This document shows positions 50,355-63,649 of a stretch of DNA of 64,000 nucleotides, one piece after another. Origin of the DNA: the human T2T-CHM13v2.0 reference genome, Homo sapiens; assembly GCF_009914755.1 (NCBI RefSeq), contig NC_060944.1. One strand, given 5' to 3'. The notes under the pieces are model-generated. The model saw nothing but the letters and a program-made list of their open reading frames with translations, was not told the origin of the DNA and did not search any database. Each line of letters starts with the position of its first letter. The first letter of the stretch is position 1. Made by a program: the position numbers and the translations under genes.

Positions 50355-52979
50355 GTAACCAGACTTGGCCCTGGAGCCAGAGGGTTCCGAAACTCTGCAC
50401 AGCCCATCAAAATGAGTTCATGCAGCATTCCGTGCCCTCAGTGTGATACATTAACCAGCCAGGGCATCTATGGGGAGAGTACTTGGCCAGCATCAAGAGG
50501 TGCACACCTTGGTCAAGTTTTAGATTGTGCAAGGTGGAAAATAGGATGGAATCAAGACCACTGGGGGCCCACTTGGACCAGGCACTGCTGACGTCAGGAA
50601 GGGAGGAGTTGGAAAGGCACATCCAAAAATCTACTCAGGAGATAGCTGCCAAGAGCCTGTGCTGTTCAGAGGCAATGAACTTTCCCCTGAGGAAAGGGGA
50701 AAGGGGCTCCAGCACCATGCAAGGAACCGTGCTGGGGCGCTGGACCCCTAACCCCCTACTGGAAGGTTTTTGGGTTTCTATGGAATCTTCTCGGCTCAGT
50801 GTGGGAAGGGGACTTCTCACCCATCCAGTCCAACCCTCTCATTACACAGATAGGGAAAGCGAGACCCAAATGGGAACAGGAGCTGCACAAAGTCCCCTAA
50901 GAGCCACTGGCTGAACTGAGGCTCCAGCCAGGATTCCCAGCACCCAGGCCAGGGCTGGGCCCCCTGCGGGCAACCCTGCCAGCATCTGTCAAGGGACTAC
51001 TACAGGAAAGCGGGAGGAGGGCAAAAAAGAGACTGATCTCCGGAGAGGGAGCTGGGGCTCGGAGGGCAGACAGGGAGATCCGAAAAGGATGGGGAGACTC
51101 AGAAAGGAGGCTGAGGTCTGAGAGGGGCATGAGAGCTTGGAGAGCGTACAGGAGCCCTGACAGAGGGACAGGGGCTCGGAGATGTTGGGCTCAGGCTCTG
51201 AGGGCCTACAGTGCCCCAGGCAGCCCGGCAGCTCTGGAAGGCAGCAGCTTCCTCTCCTCTCGGCACTTCACACCCCTGCAGGGCCACCCGGAGCTGGAGG
51301 GACTGACACTCTCAGGCATTAGTCAGCTCGTGGCGGTTAAAAAAAGAAGGCTCGATGGCACTTGTGAAGAACGTCTCTTCCAGCTTTGAGCACCAATGGG
51401 CTGCCACCTCCCCGCTGCACCACTGGCCAAGGATAGAGGAATCGGGAACAGGGCGGAGGGCCCAGAAGCTGGGACCCCTACCCCAACGAGGGCTTCCTCC
51501 CAGCTCCCACCTCATGATGATGATGATAATAAGGTCAGCAATACCATTAGTAGTAGTGTTTGTGATGTAGTGTAGTAGTAGTGTTGGCACATGCTTGCCA
51601 CTGGCCCAGGCATGTGAGGAGGGCTCTGACCCTGAACTTGCCCTGAGTCCATTCACATCCAGATGTCCCATCTCTGGGGCTGTGCATAGGGCATCCCCTG
51701 CAACAGCCTGGTCCGAAAGTGACCCATGTGCAGGTGCAAGCTACAAGGGGACTCAGAAGGCTCCCACTTCAGCCACCACCTCCCACTTCACAGATAGGAA
51801 CACTGAGGCTCTTGGAGGGCAACAGTCATCCAATATCATGTGGCAAGTTGCCCAGGTTTCTGTCCCCAGCCCAGGGGTAATTCCAGTAAGCCAACTGGTC
51901 AGGCACCCAGGTTCAAATGTGGGCTTTGCACTGCTTGCTGTGTGACCTTGGGCAAGTGACACCGCCTCTCTGTGCTTCATCTAAAAATAGGGATAAAAAT
52001 ACTTACCTCGAGTGAGGATTAGAACATAAGGCAGGCATCCGGAATCTCTTTTTGACTGCTGTATGCATGGTCAAAAGAGCTTAAACAGCTTAAAAAGCCT
52101 GACCCCCAGCAAAAGTGTGACCAATGATGGTTAACATGAGTGAGTGCTGGTTCTGCCTGGCACATGTGAAGATTCATGTAGTCCTTAGCAATCCCACAAA
52201 GTAGGTATTTTTGAATCCCATCTTCCACATAAAGAAATTTAAATGAGGCACCCAAGGCCACAGAGCTGGAAACTGGTAGCATCAGAAGCTGAATTCAGGC
52301 AGGTGAGCACTGTGCTAAGTGCTCTACACAAATGCATTTGTTCACTCATTCATTCATGTAACAAGCAGTAAGCACCTATTATACACCAGGTACTGCTTTA
52401 GATACCATGCATACAGCAGTCAAAAAGAGAGTCAGGATGCCTGCCTTATGTTCTGTTTCTCATTTGTGGTAGGTATTTGTGTTATCTATTTTTAGATGAA
52501 GCACAGAGAGGCAGTGTCACTTGCCCAAGGTCACACAGCAAGGAGTGCAAAGCCCACATTTGAACCTGGGCCTAGCTGATGCCTCGTTTTCTGTCCTGAG
52601 GGACCCTTTTCCAGCAATATCCCCAGAAGGGACTGAACCAGAGGTGTATGCACTGATGTCTGTCCAGGGTTCAGGCCCATTCAGAGCCCCGGAACACTCC
52701 ATCCCACGCAGCCTTAGCCTCATTTCCCAAGTGGCAAGTGGCACTCAGGCCCCACCCTCTCCAAGCTGTCATGAGGATTCCTTCCTTCTTTCCTAACACT
52801 AATTGAGATGCCTCCTGACATTGTACAGATACCATAGTTTAGGAAACCCCTCCTCCTTTCCTAGAGGTTAGTTTTGCTTCAGTCTGCAGAAGAGAAAACC
52901 CAGGGGTCTCAGAGGTGACATGATTTAACTAAGGCAGTGACTCAATCAGAATTCAAGCCCAGACATGTGTGCCTCAAAG

Positions 52980-53472
52980 CAGCAGCAGTCAGGGTCTCAG
53001 CAGGAGCAGATGGCACCCTCCAGGTAGGTCATTTGATTTGATTTTAATAAAGGGATCACTTAGGAGGGATGAGAAAAGAGTATAGCAAACCACAAAGGAT
53101 AAGGTAGTACCTCAGAGCTGGTGCAAGTCGAACTATTATGGGCTCAAAGGGTGAGAGGAGGGAGAAGGGAGAAGTTGGCTGTCACCAGGAGATAAGAGAG
53201 AGCCCCCAATAGGAGATGTGGCCTTCAGTTGAAGGACACAGGCAGCTTGAGGGGATCTTGAAGGCAGAGAACTGGGGAATAAATACACCAGCCTCACTAT
53301 CCTCTCTCTTCCCAGATCCCACCAGTGCTCCCAATGGGCCAGACCCAATGGAAAGCCAGACAACAAGGGTTCCCTTGATTGACATAATCCCTGCAGGCCA
53401 ACCACTCAGGACAGAGAGCAAGGAGAAGGATGGGAAGAGGATCTGAGAGGAGAACCACAAGATCTCCAGCCA
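52980..53472 (-). mobile_element. LTR40-like ERVL LTR
   Basis: 'cagtcagggtctcagcaggagcagatggcacc...ttttaataaaggga'. Confidence 0.55.
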
Positions 53473-53625
53473 AAGTCAAGTACACTTTCCTTATCTACTG
53501 CCTTGTGCTTGCAGAGGCATAGTAGGTTCTGTTGTCTATGCCAGCAAGGTCACTATGGAAGGTACAGTTGTCACTACGGCTAGTTCATGCTGCAGGAACA
53601 AACAACTCCCAATTCTCAAGACTTC

Positions 53626-53813
53626 AAACAGGTTGGCAAACTATAGCCTGCAAGCTGGTCACTCATCTTGTAAACAAAGTTTCATCGAGACACAGCCACA
53701 ACCACCCATTTACGTACTGTCTGTGCCTGCTTTCTTGCTCCAACAGCAGAGTTGAGTAGCTGTGACAAGCCTAAAATATTCATTCTCTGGCCAAGAAAAT
53801 TTGCCAACCCTTG
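53626..53813. mobile_element. MER58A hAT MITE nested in an old MLT1 LTR
   Basis: TIRs 'ggttggcaaac' and 'tttgccaaccc'; internal 'cacagccac...gcagagttgagtag'. Confidence 0.8.
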
Positions 53814-54559
53814 GCTTAAAAAAACACAGGTTTGCTTCTTACTCCGGTTCCCTGTCCATCTCCAGTTGGCAAGGCTTCTCCTCCATAACGTCCACAGTCA
53901 GGGGCCCAGGCTGGCGAGCCCTCCCTTGAAGAACCCGCCAGTCTCCCTGGCAGGGGATGCAGACAAAAAATTGCTCACCAGCTCTTGAGGCTCCCATCAG
54001 AAAGAGACACACCTCACTTCTGCTCACAGATCTTGGCAGAAATCAAGTGCCAAGGACGTGCCTAACTTCAAGAAGGCTGGAAAGTACAGCCTCTCCACGC
54101 ACCCCACATGAGGAGACCCAGAAATGGACCCAGATGGTGGATAGCACTCCTGACAACTGCGGCATGCGAACACGGCAAACGGTTGTAAAACAAAGGAATG
54201 AGGACACCGCTGGGTCTTGCAGCAAGCTTCTCCAGAATCCCTCCTGTGCACAGGGCTCAGGGAAGCCAGACAGGATTACACCCGGGGGTGGAGAAGCTGG
54301 AGAGAATGCATGTCACATGCACGCTCGGCCACTACCCTTTTTTATGGCCTCCATGGAAACAGAAGCAGAAACCAGAGGGTCCCTAGGAGCTCCAGCCACA
54401 CCCACTTCTCATTCTCTGGGGACAAATGTCTGAGGGCTCCCTTCTCTCTCCATCAGGGTCCAGAAGCTGGCCAAGGACTGAAGAGGCTTTGGCTCAATTT
54501 ATGACTTTATTACCAGTCGCCTTCCAGCTGTGAGCCTCCACTTCCCCAGCTGCAACAAT

Positions 54560-54730
54560 CTGTGGGTCTCAAGGTGAGGTCCTGTGACTGGCAGCATCGC
54601 CATCACCTGGAAACTGATTAGAAATCCACATTCTCAAGCCCCACCCAGCTCTATTGAATGGGAAGCTCTGGTGGAGGATCCCAGAAATCTGGACTTCAAC
54701 AAGTGTCTCCGGTGATTCTGATGCTTGAGG
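54560..54730 (+). mobile_element. MER5A
   Basis: 'gcagcatcgccatcacctggaaactgattagaaat...aacaagtgtctccggtgattctgatgc'. Confidence 0.75.
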
Positions 54731-54809
54731 AATATAAGGCACAAACGAACTGAGATGTGCAAAGCCCGGGCCCGCACTGCTTTTCCAGCAGTCCTCCCCA
54801 CCTGCATAA

Positions 54810-55612
54810 ATGACAGTTTCATTCTGGTTTAAGCCAAAAACCTGGAGCCATCCTAGAGGGTTCTCAGACCCTAATCCTGTGGCTTAGCCTTTAGAATATA
54901 TTCAGATCTTGGCCTCCCTCTCCACCTCCTTCACTCTGCGTGGCCCTAGCCTCTGCCATCTGACACCCACATACTACCTTGCCTTTCTAACCCCCGCTCC
55001 CTCTTCCTTTGAGCCCTGTAGTACATCCTCACTCCAGCAGCCAGAAGATGCTCTTAAAAACTCAATCAGATGATTCCACGCTTCTGCTCAGAACCTCCAA
55101 TGGCTTCCATCTCACTCAGAAGAAAACCTGACAGGGCCGCCCTTGGTCTGATTCCCACTGACCTCTCCACCTCCCCAACGCCCTGCCGCTTGCTTGCCGT
55201 CTCCAGCTGCACTGACCTGTTCTCTGTTCCTCCAACATGCCAGGCACGCTCCCGCCTCAGGGCCTTTGCTCCCGCTATTTCCTCTGCCAGAAACCCCTCT
55301 CTAGTGATCCCCACACGGCCCAAGCCCTCACCTCCTTCAGATCACCGCTCAAATGTCACCTCCTCAGAGAAGCCTTCTCCGACCCCGCCATCCTGCGCTG
55401 CCCCCTCCTCTGGCTTTGTTTTTCTCCATAGCCCTCACCACCACCTGACACACATCTTTGTTGTTTCTCTGTTTATAGTCTGCCTCTCCCCACGAGGGTA
55501 TGAGGGCCACGAAGCCAGGCACTGCCTGCTTTGTTCACTGCTGTATGCCTCCCAATGCCTGAATATTGCCTGGCATGGAGAAAGCCCTGGGTAAATATTT
55601 GTTGAGTGAACA
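54810..55612 (+). mobile_element. L2 3' region
   Basis: 'cagcagccaga...ctgctcagaacctccaatggcttcc...ctcaaatgtcacctcctcagagaagccttc...aaatatttgttgagtgaa'. Confidence 0.82.
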
Positions 55613-57934
55613 GACGGATAGGTAGGTAGACAGATGGATGGACGGAGAAATGCTCATTCCTTGGGCCTTGCTGTGGTCAGCACGAGGCAGCCCCCATGGG
55701 CACGCCCCAAGAGTTACACCACAGAAAGACCCCAGGATTGAGGGCTGGGTCCTTGTATGCCGCTCTGGGATCAGCAGGTCTGGGTTCAAGTCTCTTGAAT
55801 TGACCTGAAGGAAATCACATAACCTCTCTGATCCTCAATTTTCTCATCTCTAAAATGGGGATGATGCTGATAATGTGTATCATGTGCCTTAACCTTATAG
55901 GACTGCAGCGAGGACTAAACAAGGTGCACGTGAAGGGTTGCAGCGTGATACCCAATACCTGCTAAATCCACAACACACAGGAATTACTGCTGCCCCTATT
56001 GCTTTGCTTTCTTCTCAATTTTGCCAGTGGCCTGGGGTACTTGGGCAGCCATAGGGCTTATTGGGAGTATAACTGGCTCCAAAGAAAGGGACTTGGGTTT
56101 GAATCCTTGCAGCTACTATCTCGCTATATGACTTTGTGCAAGTCACTAGCCCTCTCTGGGCCTCAATTTCTCCCTCTGAGCAATGGGAAAAGGGTATTGA
56201 AGGAGGTTGTTTTGTGATCCCTGCAACTTGCCTCCCCAAGTCCTTCTGGAGGACCAAGCCCACGCTCGCCAAGCCCTCTCCTCTTCGTGGCTGCAGTGGG
56301 GAGGCCCTGAAGCTGAGGAGGCTGGCTGGGGCTCATGCTGACTCCTCCCCTAGCCTCACTGATTCTGCAGGGAGGGAAGAGAGAGGCAGTACTGGGTTGT
56401 GGCTGAAAGCACCCCAACTCCATGTCTAAACCGGAGTTCTCCCTCTGGTTTCTGTGATTTGAGTGAGTCACTTAACCTCTTGTGCCTTAGCATCCTCATC
56501 TGTGAAATGGGAATAATTATCACCTATGAGGATAAAATAAACTGCTGCGTGTAAAGTGTTTAGACAAGTGCTTGGCACACAATTATCACTATTATTATAA
56601 TAGCTGCTATTATTTCTAACAACCACAGCTGGTCTCTGGACCAGGCACCATCAGAAGTTTTTATAAACTTTGATTTAATTTTCACAAATATTCTACGCCA
56701 TTATTGTCTCCATTTGAGAGGTGAACAAGTTTGGCTCAGAGACTGAAGCCATTTGCCCAGGGTCCCACAGCTTGCAGGTGGAGCTGGGTTTGAACCCAGT
56801 GCACTCTCAAGCCTGGTTCTTTCCACTCACCATGCTGCTTTCCCTTCGCTCTCCGTTTTACTGATGGGGAGACAGAGGGTTACAGAGCTCACTCCCAGGC
56901 CTCAGTCCTGCTGGGCCCTTTCACCCAAAGCATTCCTGGATCCATGCAACATCGTACCTAGAGGCAGAACTAGAGGCCATGATGACTCCTATTCACAAAG
57001 AGGCTGCTCAGTGTGAGGGGCAGAGCAGAACCTGGCCTGGCTGCCAACAGGTGCATGGCCAGGTCTCCAAGGGAAGTGGCCCCAGCAGCTCCCAGGCAGC
57101 CAGCCCCCCCTCAGCTGGGCAGCCCCTGATCCTCCTCCCATCCCCCTGCTTTATGACCTGTTTTATGAGCGGGAGGCCTGGCAGCTTCCACGTTGCCATG
57201 GGAACCAGCCCAGTGCGGGCTCCTGGCAGCTCAATCAGGGATTGGCAATTTTAAGTCAGGAGCCAATCCTGGGGCTAGCGAGGGTTTCCATGGGTTGGGG
57301 TCTGTGGGCCCCAGGGATGCACAGTGCCTGCCTGACTGTCTGCCTCTCTCCTCTGCTCCAGCTCCCCAGGTGCCCAAAGAACTCAGGGACCCCACAGCTG
57401 GAAGATGACAGGCTGTTAGAGCCCTGGAGGAGCCTGGGGCAGCAGGGAATGACATGGACCACCGAGTGGGGGCTGGGAGAGCTGACAGAGCTGGACCGTG
57501 GACACACATGCTTAGGGGCACACAGAGACACTAGGACAGCTGACATGAAGGGACTCACAATGATATACAGATACAGACTCACACAGAGAAACAGAGATAT
57601 GCACATGGCAGCCACATGTGCATAGCAAAGAAAGGTACTTGCAAACACACAGACATACACAAATCCATAGGAATACCTGGGTGCCCAGAGACTCACAGAC
57701 ACACAGACATCCAAAGACACACACAGAGGACACTTGGACACCCAGAGATACATCCAGACATACACATAGACACACAAAGGACGTACAGACACACACTGCT
57801 CACTGCCTGTGTGGTCCAGGCAGCTTGCCCAAACTCTCTGAGACCCAATCGCATCATCTTTCAAAAGGGCATCACAATCCTAGCTTGTGAGGACAGGGAG
57901 GAATAACGAGGAAAATGGCTGCGTGTGCTCAGAC

Positions 57935-59010
57935 ACCTTCATTCATCCAGCCAGACAATATTATTGAGCATCTACTATGTGCCATGTGCCTCCTCCGAGC
58001 TGAGAACAGGAAGCTAACAAGGACCTACCCTCAGGAAGCTCACAGTCTCCTTCGGAAGACAATAAATACAGGAACAAAGCAACAGCTAAGAGTGACTCGG
58101 AAGACAATAAATATAGGAACAAAGCAACAGCTAAGAGTGACTCGGAAGACAGTAAATACAGGAACAAAGCAACAGCGAAGAGTGACTCGGAAGACAGTAA
58201 ATACAGGAACAAAGCAACAGCGAAGAGTGACTCGGAAGACAATAAATATAGGAACAAAGCAACAGCTAAGAGTGACTCGGAAGATAGTAAATACAGGAAC
58301 AAAGCAACAGCGAAGAGTGACTCGGAAGACAATAAATATAGGAACAAAGCAACAGCTAAGAGTGACTCGGAAGACAATAAATATAGGAACAAAGCAACAG
58401 CTAAGAGTGACTCGGAAGACAATAAATATAGGAACAAAGCAACAGCTAAGAGTGACTCGGAAGACAATAAATACAGGAACAAAGCAACAGCTAAGAGTGA
58501 CTCGGAAGACAATAAATATAGGAACAAAGCAACAGCTAAGAGTGACTCGGTGGAGGAACCGGTTAGGGTAGTCAGGGAACACTTCTCTGAGGAGGTGACA
58601 TTCGCCTGAGACAGAAGGAATGTGATGGAACTGACCAGAAAGGGTAGAGAGAAGAGTGTCCCAGTTAGCGGGAACAGGAGGTGCAAAGGCGCTGAGGTCA
58701 GAGCAGGGCTCCATGTGGCCAAGAAGCCCCAAGGAGATCAGTGTGGCTGCAATGGAGGGAGGAGACAGGGGATGAGTTTGAGAGTAACTGGAGGCCGGAG
58801 CAGGCAGGGACTTGAAGACTGAGTGATGTACTGTGGGTTTCATTCTCCATAAAATGGGACCCACAAAAGTGTTTCTATCAGGGATCATCTGGTCAAAATC
58901 GCATTTTAAGTAGCTCACTTTGGCTGCTGGCAGGAAACTGCCTGGATGGGGCAAAACAGGACATCGGGAGCCTAGCATTGGGGGCTGTCACAGCATCCAG
59001 GGGAAGGGTG
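57935..59010 (-). mobile_element. L2 3' region hosting the 45-bp VNTR
   Basis: 'ttattgagcatctactatgtgcca...ccctcaggaagctcacagtct' upstream and 'ttctctgaggaggtgacatt' downstream of the array. Confidence 0.78.
58051..58550 (+). repeat. 45-bp minisatellite (VNTR), 11 full copies plus 5 bp
   Basis: Unit CTCGGAAGACAATAAATAYAGGAACAAAGCAACAGCKAAGAGTGA with very few variable sites. Confidence 0.98.
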
Positions 59011-60525
59011 GCTGCAGGCTGGACCAGGGTGATGGCAATGGCCATGGATGGTCCTTGAAATTGTGCATTCAGCACATCTTTACTGAGCTCCTATTCTGTG
59101 CCAGCCATTGGGGATGCAGAAGCCAACAAGAGAGAAATTCCTGCCTTCACAGGGCATGCAATCTAGAGGAAAGAGAATGGTAACTGAATATAATATATGC
59201 CAGTGGTAAGTGACGACAAGTGCTGTGGAAAAAATCAAAGCAGGGAAGGGTGTGGAGATCTGCCAGGGAGGAGTGGGGCAATTTGTAGTTTTAAACAGGA
59301 GAGTCGGGAAAAGTCTCATTGAAAAGGCCACATTTTAGTGAAGATGTAAAGGAGGCATGAGATAGAATCTGGGACAGAGAGTTCCAGGCAGAGGAAACAG
59401 TGAGTGCAAAGGCCCGGAGGCAGGCCCACTCCTGGTTTGTTTGAAGAAAGCAAGGAGGTCCCTGTGGCTGAGCTGACTAAGCTGGTGGGGGCGGGACAGA
59501 TCATGCAGGGAAGGAAGGGAAGGAGGAAGGGGCTGAATGGGCAGAAGAGACTGGGACCTGGATGCCTATAGGAGGGAGGGAAACCAGCGAGACAGGGCCT
59601 GGCCCCTTCTCCATCCTGCTCCCCCGACCCAAGGAAGCAGCATCTCCCATTCCTCCTTTCATCCCACAAAGCTTCATCAGCCAAAAAGTGAAAGTTTAAA
59701 AAGGGAGGAACTGATCCCAGGAGAGGCAGGGCCCTGAGATTTGCCTGAACCCAGGTCAGACCCCAGCCCGGGTGGGGTGTGACTTCCTGTGGCTCTGATG
59801 GAATTCTCACTGTCCTCCTCAGGATGCATTCCTGGGCCTGAGGCACAGAAAGAGGACACACAGCCAATAGCAGCCAGTTTCAGGGCTCCTAAGCCTGCTG
59901 GGAGACACCCCCAGCCTCAGGCAGTGCTGTCGGGGTGGGCTACCTAAGCTGCAGGTGAGAAGAATGGTGGCTAATTAGGGTGCTGCCTCCTTCTCACTCT
60001 CCAGGTCCCAGGGATACCCTGAGTTGGATTTCAGGCTCATTAATGTCTTGGCAGAGAGGCTCTGGCTGTGAGCTCTCTCCAGCTGCCCAGCCTTGCCTGG
60101 CAGGAGTAGGGAATAGAAGGGAGACTCACAGGGGAGTCATCTACCCCCAGAGTCAGTCCCAAGGCAGGCCCAGGGTTGAAGGACGTCCTAGAGGACGTCC
60201 TAGAGCCCAGTGACATTGGCTGAGACACTCTCCCTCCCTGAGCCCCTTTGTCCCTGTCTCTCCAAGGGGATCATAGGCCTTTTCCCACCTGACTTCCAGA
60301 GCTGGGATGAACCCAAATAAAGGATGAAAGTGAAAGTGCCCTGAATCATTAAAGAGACAGGCAGAACTCCCTGTGCCACCCTGGAGGGATCTGCAGGATG
60401 GGTTGTTACGTAAGACAAGGCGCCTTGCAACAACTGCTGCCTGGCTGGCCTCCCAGCTTCTGCCCTTCCGTGGTGGCTGTTCTCCCCTGGTAGCCCCTGG
60501 ATTCTGTTACATAAAATACCAGGTC

Positions 60526-61087
60526 AAAGAATTCCCATGGGACCCAGCAATTCCACATCTGGCTCTATACCCAAAAGAACTGAAAGCAGCGTCTCAAATA
60601 AGTATCCGCACACCCATCTTCATAGCAGCATCATTCACAATAGCCGAAAGGAGGACGCAACCCAAGTGTCCACTGGCAGATGAATAAATGGATAAGCAAA
60701 GTGTGGTATATACATATAATGGAATATTATTCAGCCTTAAAAAGGAAAGAAATTTTGTCACACGGTACAGCATGGATGAAACTCAAGGATATTATGCTAA
60801 GGGAAATAAGCCAGACACAAAAAGATAAATACTGCATGATTCCACTTATATGATTCATCTTGAGTAGTCAAATCCATAGCAACGCAAAGTAGAATGGGGC
60901 TGGGGGACGGGGGAATTCGTGTTGAATGGGTGCAGTTTCGGTTTTGAAAGATAAAACAGCTCTGCATGCGGATGATGGTAACGATTGCACAGTGATATGA
61001 ATGTGCTTAATGCCACTGAGCTGTACACTTAAAAATAGTTAAAATGGCCAGTTTTATGCTGTGTATATTCTACCACAATAAAAAAAA
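60526..61087 (+). mobile_element. L1MB3/4-like 3' end
   Basis: 'gacccagcaattccac...ccactgagctgtacacttaaaaatagttaaaatgg...ccacaataaaaaaa'. Confidence 0.88.
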
Positions 61088-62326
61088 TTGCACCAAAAAA
61101 CCCCAATGAAACCAATCCTAGCTCAGTCCTCTCCTCTGCTCCATCTTCCTGAGGCTCTGGTTGTATGCCCCAACCTGCATTCCCCATGCCACCCCATATG
61201 TTCTGCACTGCGCCTCCCTGACCCATCTCCTGCCCCTCCCCTCGCTCACTTTGCTCCAGCCCTGCTGGCTTGTTCACTCGTTCTCCAACCCACTAATTTC
61301 ATGCCATGCTTGGGGCCTTGGCACCCAATGTCCTCTCTACCAAGAATCTGTCCTGGATATCTGCAGGGCTTGTTCCTCCCCATCCTCCAAGCTCAAGTCA
61401 AATGTCTCCTCAGAGGAGACATTTCCTTGACCCCCTGGACTGAAAGCACCCCCCCACAACCCCACTCCTATCCTCCTCTATCCCTTTACCTAAATGTATG
61501 TCTTTCATAACATGTATTAATATCACTACCTGGAAGAATACTTTAGCTTTGTCTGCTGGCTACTCTGTTAGAGTGTCAGCTCTGGAGGGTAGGAATCTCA
61601 CTTTTTCATGCCTCACAACAATGCCTGGCACATAGTAGGTGCTCAATGAATAGTTATCAAATAAATGGAGAATGATCTTATTGATGTATGATGCATACCT
61701 ATGACACACATGTTATATCTGTGCAGATGTAAATATATGGGAAAGGCCTGGAAACATGTCCACCAACATACAGTGGTGAACCGGGGAGGAGGGTGGGCAA
61801 AGAGGATGGGGGAGTGGCTGTCAAGGGGCCCTTTCAGGGTTCACTGAGTTCACTCAGCTGCTGCATGCAACTCTTACCATGCAGATCATAGGTATGTGAG
61901 TTTTAAAAAAGAGCTCTGAGGTGATGCTATGTCCCATGTAGCGTCTATGAGTGATTCTCCCCAGCCTCCCAACTACCCTGCAAGGGCGTTGTTACTCCTA
62001 CCCTTCTATGAAGCGAAGCGCATTCTGCATTCCCCAGAGTCACCGAGCTCCTGCTACACACCAGGCATGGTTCTGGGCTCGGGAGACACCAGAGTGAAGA
62101 AGCAATCCTGCTCTCATGGAGCTTACACTTCAGTGGGGCAGATGAACAATAAATAAATAATTAAAACAAGTCTGTTGGGGCAGGGAACAGAATGGAGAAG
62201 TGTACAGAGTGAAGGGGCGAGAGTAGAGAGAGCAAGGGAGGTGAGTGGAGGTTTGCAATTTAACAGCGACACCAGGAAAGCCCTCACTGGGAAGGTGACA
62301 TTTAAGACCTAAAGGAGGTGAAGGGG

Positions 62327-63047
62327 TGCTCTGATTTTACTGTGTCCCCTAAAGCTCATGTGTTGGAAACATAATCCTCAATGCAACAGTGTTAAGAGGG
62401 GCACTTTAAAGACATGATCAGGTCATGAGGACTCTGCCTTCATGAATGAATTGACGCTGTTATCACAGGAGTGGGTTACTGACAGAGTGGGTTCCTAGGC
62501 CAGGCGTGGTGGCTCACATCTGTAATTTCAGCACTTTGGGAAGCTGAGGCAGGCGGATCACCTGAGGTCAGGAGTTTAAGACCAGCCTGGCCAAACATGG
62601 CAAAATTCTGTCTCTACTAAAAATACAAAAATTAGCTGGATGTGGTGTCAGGTGCCTATAATCCCAGGAGGCTGAGGCAGAAGAATCACTTGAACCTGGA
62701 AAGTGGAGGTTGCAGTGAGCGAGATTGCACCACTGCATTCCAGCCTGGGCGGCCGAGTGAGACTCTATCTCCAAAAAAAAAAAAGACAAGAAAAGAAAAG
62801 AAAGAGAGAGTGCATTCCTAATAAAAGGATGAGTATGACTCCCTTCTTCTCTCTCTTTCTTTCCCAACCCCTTTGTCCTTCCACCTTCTGCCATGGGATG
62901 ATGGAGCAAGAAGGCCCTTACCAGATGCAGCCCCCCTGGATTTTGGACTTCCCAGCCTCCAACCCATGAGCCAAAGAAAATTTCCATTCTTTATAAATTA
63001 CCCATTCTGTGGTATAGTGCTATAGCAACACAAAACGTACTTAGCCA
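62327..63047 (+). mobile_element. MSTD solo LTR inside an L2, split by an AluS
   Basis: 'tgtgtcccctaaagctcatgtgttggaaac...ataaattaccca...tatagcaacacaaaac'. Confidence 0.85.
62498..62804 (+). mobile_element. AluSx
   Basis: Full dimer; TSD agagtgggttccta / agagtgcattccta. Confidence 0.95.
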
Positions 63048-63649
63048 GGGATTTATCCAGGCAAAGGCAAGTGCAAAGTCCCTGAGGTGGGCACATCCCT
63101 GGTGTACAGGAGCAATGGCCACCGTGGCTAGGACACGTTCTAGGGGGAGAGTGGTGGGCTTGGAATGGTGAAATCCCTTGCCTCACAAGTAGGGCAGCTG
63201 AGAGCAATATCTTGGGCCTGTCTGACTGTAAAGTGAAGCTTTTAACTGCAAAGGGCCTGACACTCTTTCTAGTGAGGAAAGCCAGAAAGGGTGAGCGTAT
63301 GTTATTACCAGGCATTGCGCCAAACACGTTGGGGAATCACATGGGGGAAGCCCCCACCCTTCTGGGGCTGCTGCTGCCGTAGAGAGGAAGGGAAACTGAG
63401 AAGTCAGCTAAGAGCCTGAGCAGATACTATAAGAATCCATCGTGATTGCTGTTTTCCGTTTCTCTGTGTGTTGGTTGTGGAAGGAGTCTTAGCACGTGTA
63501 CACACAGCATGTGCATTCCTACCTCTGAGTGTGTCTGCCTGAGTGTTTATGGCTGCATAGGGGTCTTGAGTCTGCTGCCCACAAGTTAAACAGTGGTTTA
63601 CTTAGCCCTCCCCAACTGTGTGAATGCAAGTGTGCATGGGCATCTTCAT

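Noticed and set aside
57915-58978. 218, 253 and 312 aa repetitive ORFs, and a superficially CRISPR-like array
   Set aside because: These are translations of the 45-bp VNTR plus L2 sequence. Units are head-to-tail with no unique spacers and there are no cas genes.
60180-60205. 12-bp tandem duplication of palindromic AGGACGTCCT
   Set aside because: Ordinary small slippage duplication with no further support.
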